A stretch of 64,000 bases of DNA, from the NCBI GenBank assembly GCA_039208735.1, contig JBCCQY010000018.1, forward strand, positions 1 to 64,000. Direction: 5' to 3'. This DNA comes from Myxococcota bacterium. GTDB taxonomy: Bacteria; Myxococcota_A; UBA796; GCA-2862545. The translations under genes were made by a program, and so were the position numbers. Below the pieces are notes generated by a model. That model made no database searches. It was given only the letters and a program-made list of their open reading frames with translations, and was not told the origin of the DNA. Positions 48,361 to 57,330 of the stretch are shown one piece after another (position 1 is the stretch's first letter; the number at the start of each line of letters is the position of its first letter).

Positions 48361-48780
48361 ATGACCATGATTGCGTTAGCGCTAGCCGGAATGGCTTCAG
48401 CTTCAGAGTCGACCGACATCTCTGACTGCATCGTTTTAATCAACCCTGGATTCGATCTCACTACGCTGATGAACCCCGACGGCGATCTTGAGATCCACGC
48501 ATCGTCAGGAGGAGCCGGTTCCGGTGGGGGAGGACTCGAACCTCAATTCAACAACTCCGCGGGTCCGTGCCCAGACACGGGCCGTACCGAAATGACGTTT
48601 AGCGAACCCTTGCAAACCGGAGGATCCGACACGATCGAGGTCTGCACACGAAGCTGTGTGACCACCTATAAGCCAATGTACGCAATGGATGAGCAGGGCA
48701 ATTGGCACTACTTCTGTATTTTGGAAACCGACACCTGTAGCGAATGGGAATGCGGACCGGTGCTTACCGACTCGAACTGA
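48361..48780 (+). CDS. Small secreted Cys-rich protein
   Basis: AAGGA RBS, signal peptide MTMIALALAGMASA, Gly linker and seven Cys. Confidence 0.75.
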   Translation: MTMIALALAGMASASESTDISDCIVLINPGFDLTTLMNPDGDLEIHASSGGAGSGGGGLEPQFNNSAGPCPDTGRTEMTFSEPLQTGGSDTIEVCTRSCVTTYKPMYAMDEQGNWHYFCILETDTCSEWECGPVLTDSN

Positions 48781-48821
48781 CGAAGCTCAGCGCAACTGTC
48801 CTCCATCGAACTGCCATGCTA

Positions 48822-50321
48822 GTGCGCGTGCCCGATAGTTCGTTGCCATCATCGGCCTGCTGAGTGATCAGGTTCCTCCGTAGATGGAGGAGCCCGTCGT
48901 GGATGTAGGTGCTCGGCGAGCCGAGCTGGAAGCGGTGATGCGCCAGGGGCGCGCAGAGCATCGCAGCGTGCAACGAGCGGAGATTGTGTTGCGGCACGTC
49001 TTCATGGGGATGTCGGTGAGCGAAACGGCTCGGCGGTGCGGCGTCAGCCGGCCGACGGTTCGCAAGTGGGCGTCGCGTTTTCGGGACAGTCCTGGTCTGA
49101 AGGCGCTGCGCGATGCCCAGCGCACGGGCCGTCCTCGGCGACGAACCGCTCGCGACGAGGCCGTAGTCATCAGCCTCGGTTGCCAACAGCCGGACCAACA
49201 CGACCGTCGCGACGTGCGGATGACTCAAACGCTGATCGTCGAGCTGGCTGCGCTTCAGGGCACGGTGATGAGCCGCTCCACGGTGCAGCGCATCCTGGCG
49301 ACGGCCGAGGTGCAGCCGCATCGGGAGCGCTACTACCTGTTCACGCCAACGGACCGGCCCGACTACATCCCGCGTCGCGACGCCATCTGCGACCTGTACA
49401 TGCGAGACCTTCCCGCGGACGAAGTGGTGGTCTGCTTCGACGAGAAGACAAACATCCAGGCCCTCGGCTCGCCCTACCCCGGGCGACCGACCGCGCCGGG
49501 CAAGGTGCGACGGGTCGAGCACAACTACATCCGCCACGGCACCCGCAACCTGGTGGCGGCCATCCGGCCCGACACCGGTGAGGTGGTTGCCGCCGAGGTC
49601 TTCCCGAGCCGGGGCTTCGCTACGGCCGAGGCGATCGCGATGCTCGAGTCCGTAGTCCAGGCCCTTCCGGGCATGCGCCGGATCCACCTGGTCTGGGACA
49701 ACGGTCCCACACACATCTCCCGGGAGATGCGGAACTTCCTGAACAGCGAGGCCGGTGCGCGGTTCCGGGTCTACGACACTCCGACCCACGCCTCCTGGCT
49801 GAATCTCGCGGAGAACTTCTTCTCTCGCTTCACGACGCGCTACCTCGCGGGCCGTCGCTACGGCGCGCTCATCGAGCTCGACGACCACCTGTACGCGTCG
49901 CTCGACGACTACGGGGCACGCCACGCGAAGCCCATGTCGTGGACGTACAATCCCCGCCTGGCCGCATAGGGAGCGCACCATGGCAAACGAAGCTCGATAC
50001 TTCGGTGAGAAGGTCCTCCGGCTCCTCCACGAAGAGTCCGAATTGGCTCGACGTTGGCTCCGTGCGCGCCCTCGGGGCAAGACCTGCACGTTGGGCCTCG
50101 AGGAGGACGACGAGTGGACGCCACTGCTGCGCTTTGCCAACGGCTCTGGCGCCTTCAACGTCATGGATCTACAGGTTCGCGACAAGAAGAGCTGGGCCTA
50201 CACCGGCGTTCGCGGCATTCCCGACGTTGTTGCAAAGGAACTCCTTGAATCCCTTCGATTCACGTGGGAGTTCCCGGCTCAGGCGGCCGAAACCTGGAAA
50301 CGAACTTCCGATCAACCGCAC
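48822..50321 (+). mobile_element. Complete IS630-family element with two ORFs
   Basis: TA on both flanks (48820-21 and 50322-23, each within CTAG). Imperfect terminal IRs (TA)GTGCGCGTGCCCGATAGTTCGTT and (TA)GTGCGGTTGATCGGAAGTTCGTT, 19/25 identical counting the TA. Confidence 0.9.
48884..49969 (+). CDS. IS630-family DDE transposase
   Basis: N-terminal HTH, RTGRPR, and DDE motifs FDEKTNIQ, VWDNGPTH and SWLNLAENFF. No frameshift. Confidence 0.95.
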   Translation: MEEPVVDVGARRAELEAVMRQGRAEHRSVQRAEIVLRHVFMGMSVSETARRCGVSRPTVRKWASRFRDSPGLKALRDAQRTGRPRRRTARDEAVVISLGCQQPDQHDRRDVRMTQTLIVELAALQGTVMSRSTVQRILATAEVQPHRERYYLFTPTDRPDYIPRRDAICDLYMRDLPADEVVVCFDEKTNIQALGSPYPGRPTAPGKVRRVEHNYIRHGTRNLVAAIRPDTGEVVAAEVFPSRGFATAEAIAMLESVVQALPGMRRIHLVWDNGPTHISREMRNFLNSEAGARFRVYDTPTHASWLNLAENFFSRFTTRYLAGRRYGALIELDDHLYASLDDYGARHAKPMSWTYNPRLAA

Positions 50322-50324
50322 TAG
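49980..50324 (+). CDS. 114-aa accessory/passenger protein inside the IS630
   Basis: AGGGAG RBS, start 10 nt after the transposase stop. Reads through the right IR and stops at the target-site TAG. Confidence 0.8.
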   Translation: MANEARYFGEKVLRLLHEESELARRWLRARPRGKTCTLGLEEDDEWTPLLRFANGSGAFNVMDLQVRDKKSWAYTGVRGIPDVVAKELLESLRFTWEFPAQAAETWKRTSDQPH

Positions 50325-50434
50325 GCTCCGCATGCGCCGCCTGGCACGAGGTATCGATGAGCGAAACGTCAGGAACAAGCATCGTGACGGCCCGTGGGCG
50401 CTCGCTCACCGTGACCTCGGGGTTGCTCCTCGCC

Positions 50435-50504
50435 CTGATCAGACTCGCGCAAGCTTTGCTTGCTGCTGTTCTGATTTCGCGCAAGCTCCGCTTGCCGCTG
50501 ATCA
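50435..50504. repeat. REP-like unit C (inverted relative to 28282-28337)
   Basis: gctttgcttgctgctgttctgatttcg is the exact reverse complement of 28306-28332. Bounded by tgatca at both ends. Confidence 0.85.
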
Positions 50505-50598
50505 CGATGAGGGCCGTGGGCTTCCCCGATGCCACGGAGATGCTGTTCTGCTGCGGGCCGTTTGTCATGTCGAAGTGGCTGTGGGGGGGGCCCGGGCG

Positions 50599-51135
50599 AT
50601 GGCACACGATTTCGCAAGGTTGACAACGATCGCGCGCAAACTCGAGTACCTGTCGCGAACCGACCTCATTGGGCGCACGGTTTACGTGACAGGTTCTGCT
50701 CACCGTTGGTCCTCGGTTCGGGAACAGCTGCCCGTCGGTGAGGTTGCATCCTCCATCGACCCTTCCATCAACCCACTGGCGTTGGCCAAGTATGGCATCT
50801 TGGAGTTTCAGTGGCCTGTGACCGCCGAAGCTGCGGACCATGAGACAGCGGTACGCGTCCCCTGGCGTACCCTGCTCGGACGCGGAGACGGCAGTGAGGA
50901 GTTTGAACCCGAAGTGGCGCTGTGGCTAGATGATGTCGTCACCGAGGTGACATCGGGTCAGCTTTGGTTCAAACTCATCCTCGATGCCCTTGCCGATGGC
51001 CGAGACTCAAAGACACGTCTCAAGCACACATCCACCCAATTGCCCGGCAGTTACTGGCCAAGGTCGTTCAAAGTACGGGATGCCTGCATCACCAATGCGC
51101 CGACCTTGTGGCTTTTCAAGCACTTCTACCTTTAG
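50599..51135 (+). CDS. Hypothetical protein, possibly a degraded remnant
   Basis: Protein-like composition from ATG 50599. It may continue to 51256 in another frame. Confidence 0.4.
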   Translation: MAHDFARLTTIARKLEYLSRTDLIGRTVYVTGSAHRWSSVREQLPVGEVASSIDPSINPLALAKYGILEFQWPVTAEAADHETAVRVPWRTLLGRGDGSEEFEPEVALWLDDVVTEVTSGQLWFKLILDALADGRDSKTRLKHTSTQLPGSYWPRSFKVRDACITNAPTLWLFKHFYL

Positions 51136-51346
51136 CTGCGGTGCGCTCGACGCTCGAGATGACGCCCGCTGGATTGGACCTTTCGGTACTCCACCGGCGC
51201 GATGGGCAAACGACTACTTCGCGGGACGCTTGGCAAGCGAACAGCATTCCACGTAGACGCCAACCACAACACACGCTCTAAGCTGCGATCAGCACTACTG
51301 AATGAACGAGCATCTTCAGCAGCATGAGATGTCGCCATCGGGGTTG

Positions 51347-52039
51347 TCACGAGAATACGAGAACCGACGCCACGGCTTCAAGACCCGCACGCTGCAAGTT
51401 TCGTTCGCTAATGCTGTCTGGCTCAGTGCGTGCGCCAAGGGTGGTCAGACCAAGGTTCTGAGCCACCTTTCGTCTGGCCGAAATCAGGGCCCTTTGGACC
51501 CCTCGGCCTCGAAACTCGGGCCGGGTCGCAGCCGACGCCAGGTAGCCAAGCCCTCCATGCGCAAACAGAATTGCGGTACCGACGGCTTCTGGACCCATGC
51601 GCGCGAGGAACAAATGCCAGCCTTCGAGGTCGACCCAATGCCGAAAGGCTTGGGCCGTCCGGACCTCTGGGTTGCCACCCGCTGCGATATCGGTCGCATA
51701 GAACCTGTCAAAGCTACTCGCATGGATTCGTTCAACGACGATGTCGGAGGGCAAGGGCTCCCCCGGAGCGACTTGTCCTCGAAGCAGCGTGCGGCGGCCG
51801 CGAGGTTCCAATCCACGGACCTGAAACCGGCGCTCGAGTGAAGGGGTGAGGTCGCGCTCGAGGACCTCGAAACGGGGGGTGACGTCAATCGCCGCAAAGC
51901 GAGCCAGGGCGCGATCGATTTGCGCATCCTCATCCCTGACCCCAAAGGCCGCATTGAACAACCCAAAGGTGGCTCCTCGCATCAAACACTGCACCATCGC
52001 CCCTTCGCGCTCGATGGTCCCAAACGGTTGAACCCGCAT
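51347..52039 (-). CDS. GNAT N-acetyltransferase
   Basis: YLASAATRPEFRGRGVQRALI...SERNLQRAG. Confidence 0.88.
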   Translation of the reverse strand: MRVQPFGTIEREGAMVQCLMRGATFGLFNAAFGVRDEDAQIDRALARFAAIDVTPRFEVLERDLTPSLERRFQVRGLEPRGRRTLLRGQVAPGEPLPSDIVVERIHASSFDRFYATDIAAGGNPEVRTAQAFRHWVDLEGWHLFLARMGPEAVGTAILFAHGGLGYLASAATRPEFRGRGVQRALISARRKVAQNLGLTTLGARTEPDSISERNLQRAGLEAVASVLVFS

Positions 52040-52160
52040 GGTGGTGAAGGCAACGCAAGCGTCGTTGACGTCGATGAGAACCTCCTGTCAGTGCAGGCCG
52101 CGGCCACCAAGTGACAGCCACCTCGCCACTCGGTGTCAGACGAATGACCTTGAGGTGCCC

Positions 52161-53489
52161 ATGCTCCGCATCCTAACTCTCGTGTTGGCGACGGGTTGTG
52201 TCACGGCATTCGTTCCCCTCTCCGATGACGTTTCGAACGTGCCGCCAACCCAAGCGATCGAACTCGGGATGGATCAGCTCGCCCACGCGTACGCCTTCAC
52301 TGCACACAAAGCCATCGATTGGCCAAGCCTGCGCAAGCTGCGGCGGTCTGAGATGGAGGCTGCCCAGTCCAACGTTGAGATCGATCAGGTGTTTCGAAGG
52401 CTCGTCACGGACCTGCCGGATGGTCACGTCGAACTGTGGAACGATGACCCCGCGCGAGATGCCTGTCCCGAGGTAGCGGCCACGTTTGGGTTCGTCGCGA
52501 GAGACCTCGACGATGGAACGGTGATGGTGGTGAGCCTCGATCCCGACGGGCCGGGCTTCGATGCGGGCATCGAGATCGGCGACCGGATCCTTGCCGTTGA
52601 CGAGCGTCCCATCGAAATGGTGGTCCCAGAACAACCCTTGCATTGCGTTCCGATCGGGCTCGCCACCTTGGAGCGTCGCCGGGCGGCCCGGGTACGGCTC
52701 CTCAGCCACGCTCTGCTTGACACAACACGTAGCTTCGAACTCGCTCGAAATGGAAAAGCCCGGGTGGTTCAGGTCGTGGCCGAACCCGAGACCCGAGCGC
52801 TGCGAGACATCGTCGATATGCCCATTCCGGAGGCCCGGGTGACCGCCCGGATTGAACGCGACGACGTGGGCCACATCGCGATTGGTTGGGAAGCAACTGC
52901 CCAAAGTGATCGTGAGGTTCGCCAAGCCCTGAAACGACTGTGGCGCGAGGGAGCGAGATACCTCGTCGTTGACCTCCGCGACAATCAAGGTGGCACCGAC
53001 CAAACCGCGGCCAATATTGTGGGTATGTTTACCGACCAAACCCTGTTCTACGACGCCATCAGCATGTACGACCGCCGCATCGAAGGCCAACGCATCGTGT
53101 CGACCGTGTTCGTCGAACCCCAGGAGGTGCGGTGGGACGCGCCTGTGGTGGTGCTAGTCAATGGCAACACGGTGTCGTCGGGCGATGGGATGGCCCGAAT
53201 GTTCAAGCAGCTCGGCATTCCCATTGTAGGTTTTGAAGCCACCGCAGCGAGCTTTGGCTCCGGCGGATCGACCATTCGATTTCCCGGCGGGTGGACGCTG
53301 CTCTACCCCGCCGGTCGGGGGCTCGACGAAGACGGTTCGATCCTCATTGACAGTGACGCCACTTTGCAAGGCGGCATCACGCCCACTCACCGCATTCCGT
53401 GGACGGCAGACCACCAAATCGGTCGGGCCCAAGACCGTCATGGCTTCGCCCTTGCGTACGCCATCGACCACGTGTTGGAGGAACGATGA
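52161..53489 (+). CDS. S41 family peptidase with PDZ domain, lipoprotein
   Basis: Lipobox LATGC, LPDGHV, PDZ motif AGIEIGDRILAVD, DLRDNQGG and NGNTVSSGD. Confidence 0.9.
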   Translation: MLRILTLVLATGCVTAFVPLSDDVSNVPPTQAIELGMDQLAHAYAFTAHKAIDWPSLRKLRRSEMEAAQSNVEIDQVFRRLVTDLPDGHVELWNDDPARDACPEVAATFGFVARDLDDGTVMVVSLDPDGPGFDAGIEIGDRILAVDERPIEMVVPEQPLHCVPIGLATLERRRAARVRLLSHALLDTTRSFELARNGKARVVQVVAEPETRALRDIVDMPIPEARVTARIERDDVGHIAIGWEATAQSDREVRQALKRLWREGARYLVVDLRDNQGGTDQTAANIVGMFTDQTLFYDAISMYDRRIEGQRIVSTVFVEPQEVRWDAPVVVLVNGNTVSSGDGMARMFKQLGIPIVGFEATAASFGSGGSTIRFPGGWTLLYPAGRGLDEDGSILIDSDATLQGGITPTHRIPWTADHQIGRAQDRHGFALAYAIDHVLEER

Positions 53490-54160
53490 TCGCACTTACG
53501 ACTCTCGCACTCGCCGCTCCTTCTTCTTCGGGACTCCGTGACACCGCCGGAACCCTCGAGGCAGGCGAAGTGGTCGTCCGTCTGCCCACTGGCCGATCTG
53601 CGGTGGGGCTCACGTCGACCACCGAAGCGTGGGTGACCCCTTTCGACGTCGGTCTTGGCGGCACCCGCATCGGACTGGAACAGACCCTGGTGGAACGCCG
53701 TGCAGTAGGCTGGTCGGTCACACCCTCAATTGGCCAAAAGTGGTCGTTGGGGCGTACGTCGCTCCGACTGAGTTCCACGCTCTCGCTCACGCAGCCATCC
53801 TCACGAATCAACCTGACCGTGGCACCCGAACTTGGGATTCTTCGCGAGACCATCCTGGACCAAACTTCCTCGCAACGCCTCGAGCTGTCGCGATTTCATC
53901 TGCCCGTCGAGGTCGCCTACGATCACCTGTGGGACCGAGCCCTGGTTCGAGGCGCGGTCCGAGTGTGGACCCTCGACGAAGGCGAACCCCTCACCTACGG
54001 CACCGCCACCGCAAGCTGGATTCATCAATGGGGCAGGCTGTTCACCGAGGTCGGAGCGGGTTTGCTCATCGGACGCCCCTCCGAACACCACTTCTTAGGT
54101 CGCTACCAGACTACCCTCGTACTGGGGTTTCCACGCGTGGACATGTGGCTTCAATTCTGA
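53486..54160 (+). CDS. Hypothetical exported protein, possibly an outer-membrane beta-barrel
   Basis: ATGA-coupled to the S41 gene. Signal peptide, TAGTLEAGE, amphipathic strands and a terminal WLQF. Confidence 0.7.
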   Translation: MIALTTLALAAPSSSGLRDTAGTLEAGEVVVRLPTGRSAVGLTSTTEAWVTPFDVGLGGTRIGLEQTLVERRAVGWSVTPSIGQKWSLGRTSLRLSSTLSLTQPSSRINLTVAPELGILRETILDQTSSQRLELSRFHLPVEVAYDHLWDRALVRGAVRVWTLDEGEPLTYGTATASWIHQWGRLFTEVGAGLLIGRPSEHHFLGRYQTTLVLGFPRVDMWLQF

Positions 54161-54206
54161 CGACGATAATGGAGGCCAACCCAACTTCGCCGATTCGATA
54201 GCGGGA

Positions 54207-55277
54207 GTGAAGATGTCGCCCGAGGAAAAGGGCAAGCGGCTGAAGCAGTATGTGCGGTCTGAGCAGTTGGTGGACGACCTCGACTCCAGCGAGGCCGACC
54301 TCGCAGGGGCCTACCTCATCAAAGCCAACCTCTTCGGAGCCTGGTTGACCGAAGCCAATCTGCAGGGGGCTCAACTCGATTGGTCCAACCTCAATGGGGC
54401 CGACCTGACCAGAGCCAACCTCCAAGGAGCCAACCTCACCGGCGCCGACCTTCGCGATGCCTGCCTCAAAGAGGCCAACCTGCGGAAAGCCAATCTCCAA
54501 GCGGCTCAACTCGATGGGGCAAACCTCGAGGAGGCCGACCTCACAGGCGCCCAACTCCGTTCGGCAAGCCTGATAAACCTCCAGGTCATCCCACCGTCCA
54601 TCGTCGATGCCGAAGACCTCACGGGTGCGTCGCCAAACTGGCAGACGGTCGCGCGCATGTTGACCCTGCGAGACCCTGACCACCTGCTGTGCCGCACGGG
54701 CATGCCGAGTGTCGCCGCGACCTACCTCGTCGACGCTCTGCGTTCGATCGATGCGGCTGACCTGTTCACGATGCTGCAATCGGTATTCTTGTCGTTTGGA
54801 ACGCCCGATCAGGCGTTTGCGGAACGGCTCCGCGCCGACCTGACGGAAAACGGGGTGAAAACATGGTTCTACCCGGAAGACGCTGAGCCCGGCCGGCGTC
54901 ATCATCGGCACATCCACAACAAGATCTGGGAGTACGACCGGTTGGTGCTCTGCTGCTCTCGGGATTCAATCCTGCGATCCGGGGTCCTCCACGAGGTGGA
55001 GGAAGTCTTGCAGCGAGAACAACAAGAAGGCAGCTCGAACCGACTTATCCCCATCTTCTTCGATGAGGACCTCTTCGAAACCGGGGCGTCGCCCCCTGAA
55101 TGGTGGCATCCAGAGCGGCGTCACATCTACCGCCAACTCCAAGGCCGAGTGTGTGCTCGGTTCACGACCGAACCCAACTCCCCCCAGTGGAACCAGGCCC
55201 TAAGGAAGCTTCTGAAGGTGCTTCACAAGCCGCCCCACGTCGAGGGTTCAACAGGGTCCGAATCGGACTTAGTCTAG
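54207..55277 (+). CDS. Pentapeptide-repeat - TIR domain protein
   Basis: About 17 A(N/D)LxG-type repeats, then TIR motifs VFLSF...DQAFAERL...GVKTW...SRDS...VLHEV...LIPI. Confidence 0.9.
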   Translation: MKMSPEEKGKRLKQYVRSEQLVDDLDSSEADLAGAYLIKANLFGAWLTEANLQGAQLDWSNLNGADLTRANLQGANLTGADLRDACLKEANLRKANLQAAQLDGANLEEADLTGAQLRSASLINLQVIPPSIVDAEDLTGASPNWQTVARMLTLRDPDHLLCRTGMPSVAATYLVDALRSIDAADLFTMLQSVFLSFGTPDQAFAERLRADLTENGVKTWFYPEDAEPGRRHHRHIHNKIWEYDRLVLCCSRDSILRSGVLHEVEEVLQREQQEGSSNRLIPIFFDEDLFETGASPPEWWHPERRHIYRQLQGRVCARFTTEPNSPQWNQALRKLLKVLHKPPHVEGSTGSESDLV

Positions 55278-55357
55278 GTCGGATTTGGCCATGTTCTGGC
55301 CTAATCGCGCGCCCTATGGACTCTCTAGTTCCACCCCGACGGTGGGAAGGAGGGAAG

Positions 55358-56446
55358 ATGGTCCGCTATGCATGGGCAGCGCTGGCGTTGATGGCGTGCA
55401 CCGACGACGTGCCGACCGAGGAAACAGGTGCGCCGGTCGACACCGAAGCGCCCCAGGACACCTCACCACCCCCCAACGATGATCCAGGACTTGCCGAGTG
55501 GCCCCAGGCCTACCAGGATTTCGTCACCTCCTTCGGAGGATCGAACTTCGTCGAAGTCGAAGGAATCAACCTCCACTACGTACAATCGGGCCCCGCAGAC
55601 GCGAGCGAAGCGGTGCTGTTGGTGCACGGCATTCCTGTACATGCGTACTTGTGGCGCAATGTTCTGGGCCAACTGGGAGATCGGAGGGTCATCGCCTTTG
55701 ATCTCGTAGGCTACGGCCGTTCGGATCGTCCCGACACCTTTGCCTACACGCCGGCAAGCCAGGTTCCGATCATGGAGGGCCTGGTTGAAGCCCTGAACCT
55801 CGATGAGGTCCACCTCGTCGTGCAAGACCTTGGGGGGTTGGTCGGCCTTCGCTGGGCCGCGGATCACCCTGACGAGGTGCAGAGCATCACGATGTTCGAA
55901 ACCCTATGGAGCACCATTCCAGACGGCATCGACGCGGTACCCGCGCCGTTTGGCGGGGTCGGGGGGCTACTGGATCAAATGCGAGACCCGGTGACCGGTC
56001 CTGTGTTGGTCGGCGAAAAGAACATCTTTCTTGCAACGTTGCCCTCGTTCACCGTGAATGGGCTGTCCAAGGAGGTCCAAGAGGTCTACCAGCACCCGTG
56101 GCCACTGGCCGAGGAACGGGCCCGGGTGTTGCGGACGTCAGGCCCCATCCAGTTCCCATTCCCCGCAGATCCCGCAGCCGAGGCGTTCGTGCGCGTGGCC
56201 CAAGACTACCTCGAGGCGTCCCCTACCCCCAAGCTCGTGATCGACGTGACACCGGGTGCGCTAAGTGCCGTCATGGTGCCGGAAGATGGCGGGGACGGGA
56301 AACGGGTGAGACAGCCCGAATACGCGGCGGCCGCCTTCCCGAATGTGACCTCGGCAACGCTGACCCCGGGTGGCCATTTTGTACAAGAGGACTTGCCCAA
56401 TTCGCTTAGCGAAACCATCTCGTCGTTCCTAAACGGTCTCGACTGA
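55358..56446 (+). CDS. Haloalkane-dehalogenase-like alpha/beta hydrolase, lipoprotein
   Basis: Lipobox ALMAC, LVHGIP...YLWRN, DLVGYGRSD, QDLGG and GHFVQED. Confidence 0.85.
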   Translation: MVRYAWAALALMACTDDVPTEETGAPVDTEAPQDTSPPPNDDPGLAEWPQAYQDFVTSFGGSNFVEVEGINLHYVQSGPADASEAVLLVHGIPVHAYLWRNVLGQLGDRRVIAFDLVGYGRSDRPDTFAYTPASQVPIMEGLVEALNLDEVHLVVQDLGGLVGLRWAADHPDEVQSITMFETLWSTIPDGIDAVPAPFGGVGGLLDQMRDPVTGPVLVGEKNIFLATLPSFTVNGLSKEVQEVYQHPWPLAEERARVLRTSGPIQFPFPADPAAEAFVRVAQDYLEASPTPKLVIDVTPGALSAVMVPEDGGDGKRVRQPEYAAAAFPNVTSATLTPGGHFVQEDLPNSLSETISSFLNGLD

Positions 56447-56473
56447 GCACCGCTACGCGATAAGCAAGCCTCG

Positions 56474-57286
56474 ATGTACCTGTTCATCCTGCTTGCGTGC
56501 ACGAGTCGGGCTCCAAAAGCCGACGCACCGACCCCGCCACCCCCGAAGACGTCGTTCGAGGCTCTGCGACCGGGCCTCGAAATGGCGACGTTCATCGGAG
56601 ATCCGCCCAGTCCCGTTGGCGATTCTCGCATCGTCGTCGTGCGCATCGATCCGAGCGTCCTCGACATTGTGCTCCTGGCTGCGTCGAGCCTCGGAACGTC
56701 TGCAAAGGCGCCCAAAGCGTGGGTCGAACAGCATGGGCTACTGGCCGCGACAAACGCCGCGCTTTACGAGCCGGATTACCTCACCGCGACCTTTCACATG
56801 CGCCAGGGCGATCACATCAACCAGGCCAAACTGAACCCCGACGCAAACCACTTCCTGCTCCTCGACCCTATCGACGGCACCCTGCCAGCGGTGCAGATTG
56901 TGGATCGCACCTGCGAAACCGTTCCGTTCGAGGCCTATCGAACCGTAGTGCAGGGGTATCGCATCACCGATTGCGAAGGAAATCCCGCCTTCAAGGACCG
57001 AGAGCGTATATGGAGCCATGCCTCGATCGGCATCGACAAATCGGGTCGGATGTTGTGGCTCTTCTCGCGGTCCCCTTGGTCAACCCATGACTTTGCCGAA
57101 GTGCTCACGCGCCTGCCCCTCGATCTTCATCGCGTACAGTACGCTGAAGGGGGTCCTCCCGCCGCATTGGTGCTGCAAAAGGGCAAGGAACAGTGGCTCG
57201 GAAGCTACGAGTCGGGGGCCTTCCAAAACAACGAAAACCAGACCCCGTTTGAACTCCCATTCGTTCTGGGTGTGAGACCCCGTTGA
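56474..57286 (+). CDS. Phosphodiester glycosidase (NAGPA-like) family lipoprotein
   Basis: Lipobox LLAC, VVRIDP, AATNAALY, SIGIDKSG and YAEGG. Confidence 0.75.
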   Translation: MYLFILLACTSRAPKADAPTPPPPKTSFEALRPGLEMATFIGDPPSPVGDSRIVVVRIDPSVLDIVLLAASSLGTSAKAPKAWVEQHGLLAATNAALYEPDYLTATFHMRQGDHINQAKLNPDANHFLLLDPIDGTLPAVQIVDRTCETVPFEAYRTVVQGYRITDCEGNPAFKDRERIWSHASIGIDKSGRMLWLFSRSPWSTHDFAEVLTRLPLDLHRVQYAEGGPPAALVLQKGKEQWLGSYESGAFQNNENQTPFELPFVLGVRPR

Positions 57287-57330
57287 CCAAGATCGCAGGT
57301 TAACTCCGTCGACGCAAAACGGATGCGGCG

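Noticed and set aside
49939..50598. N-terminal part of the 398-aa ORF 49939-51135
   Set aside because: It crosses the IS ORF2, the IS end and a REP unit, so it cannot be one ancestral gene. Only the part from 50599 looks protein-like.
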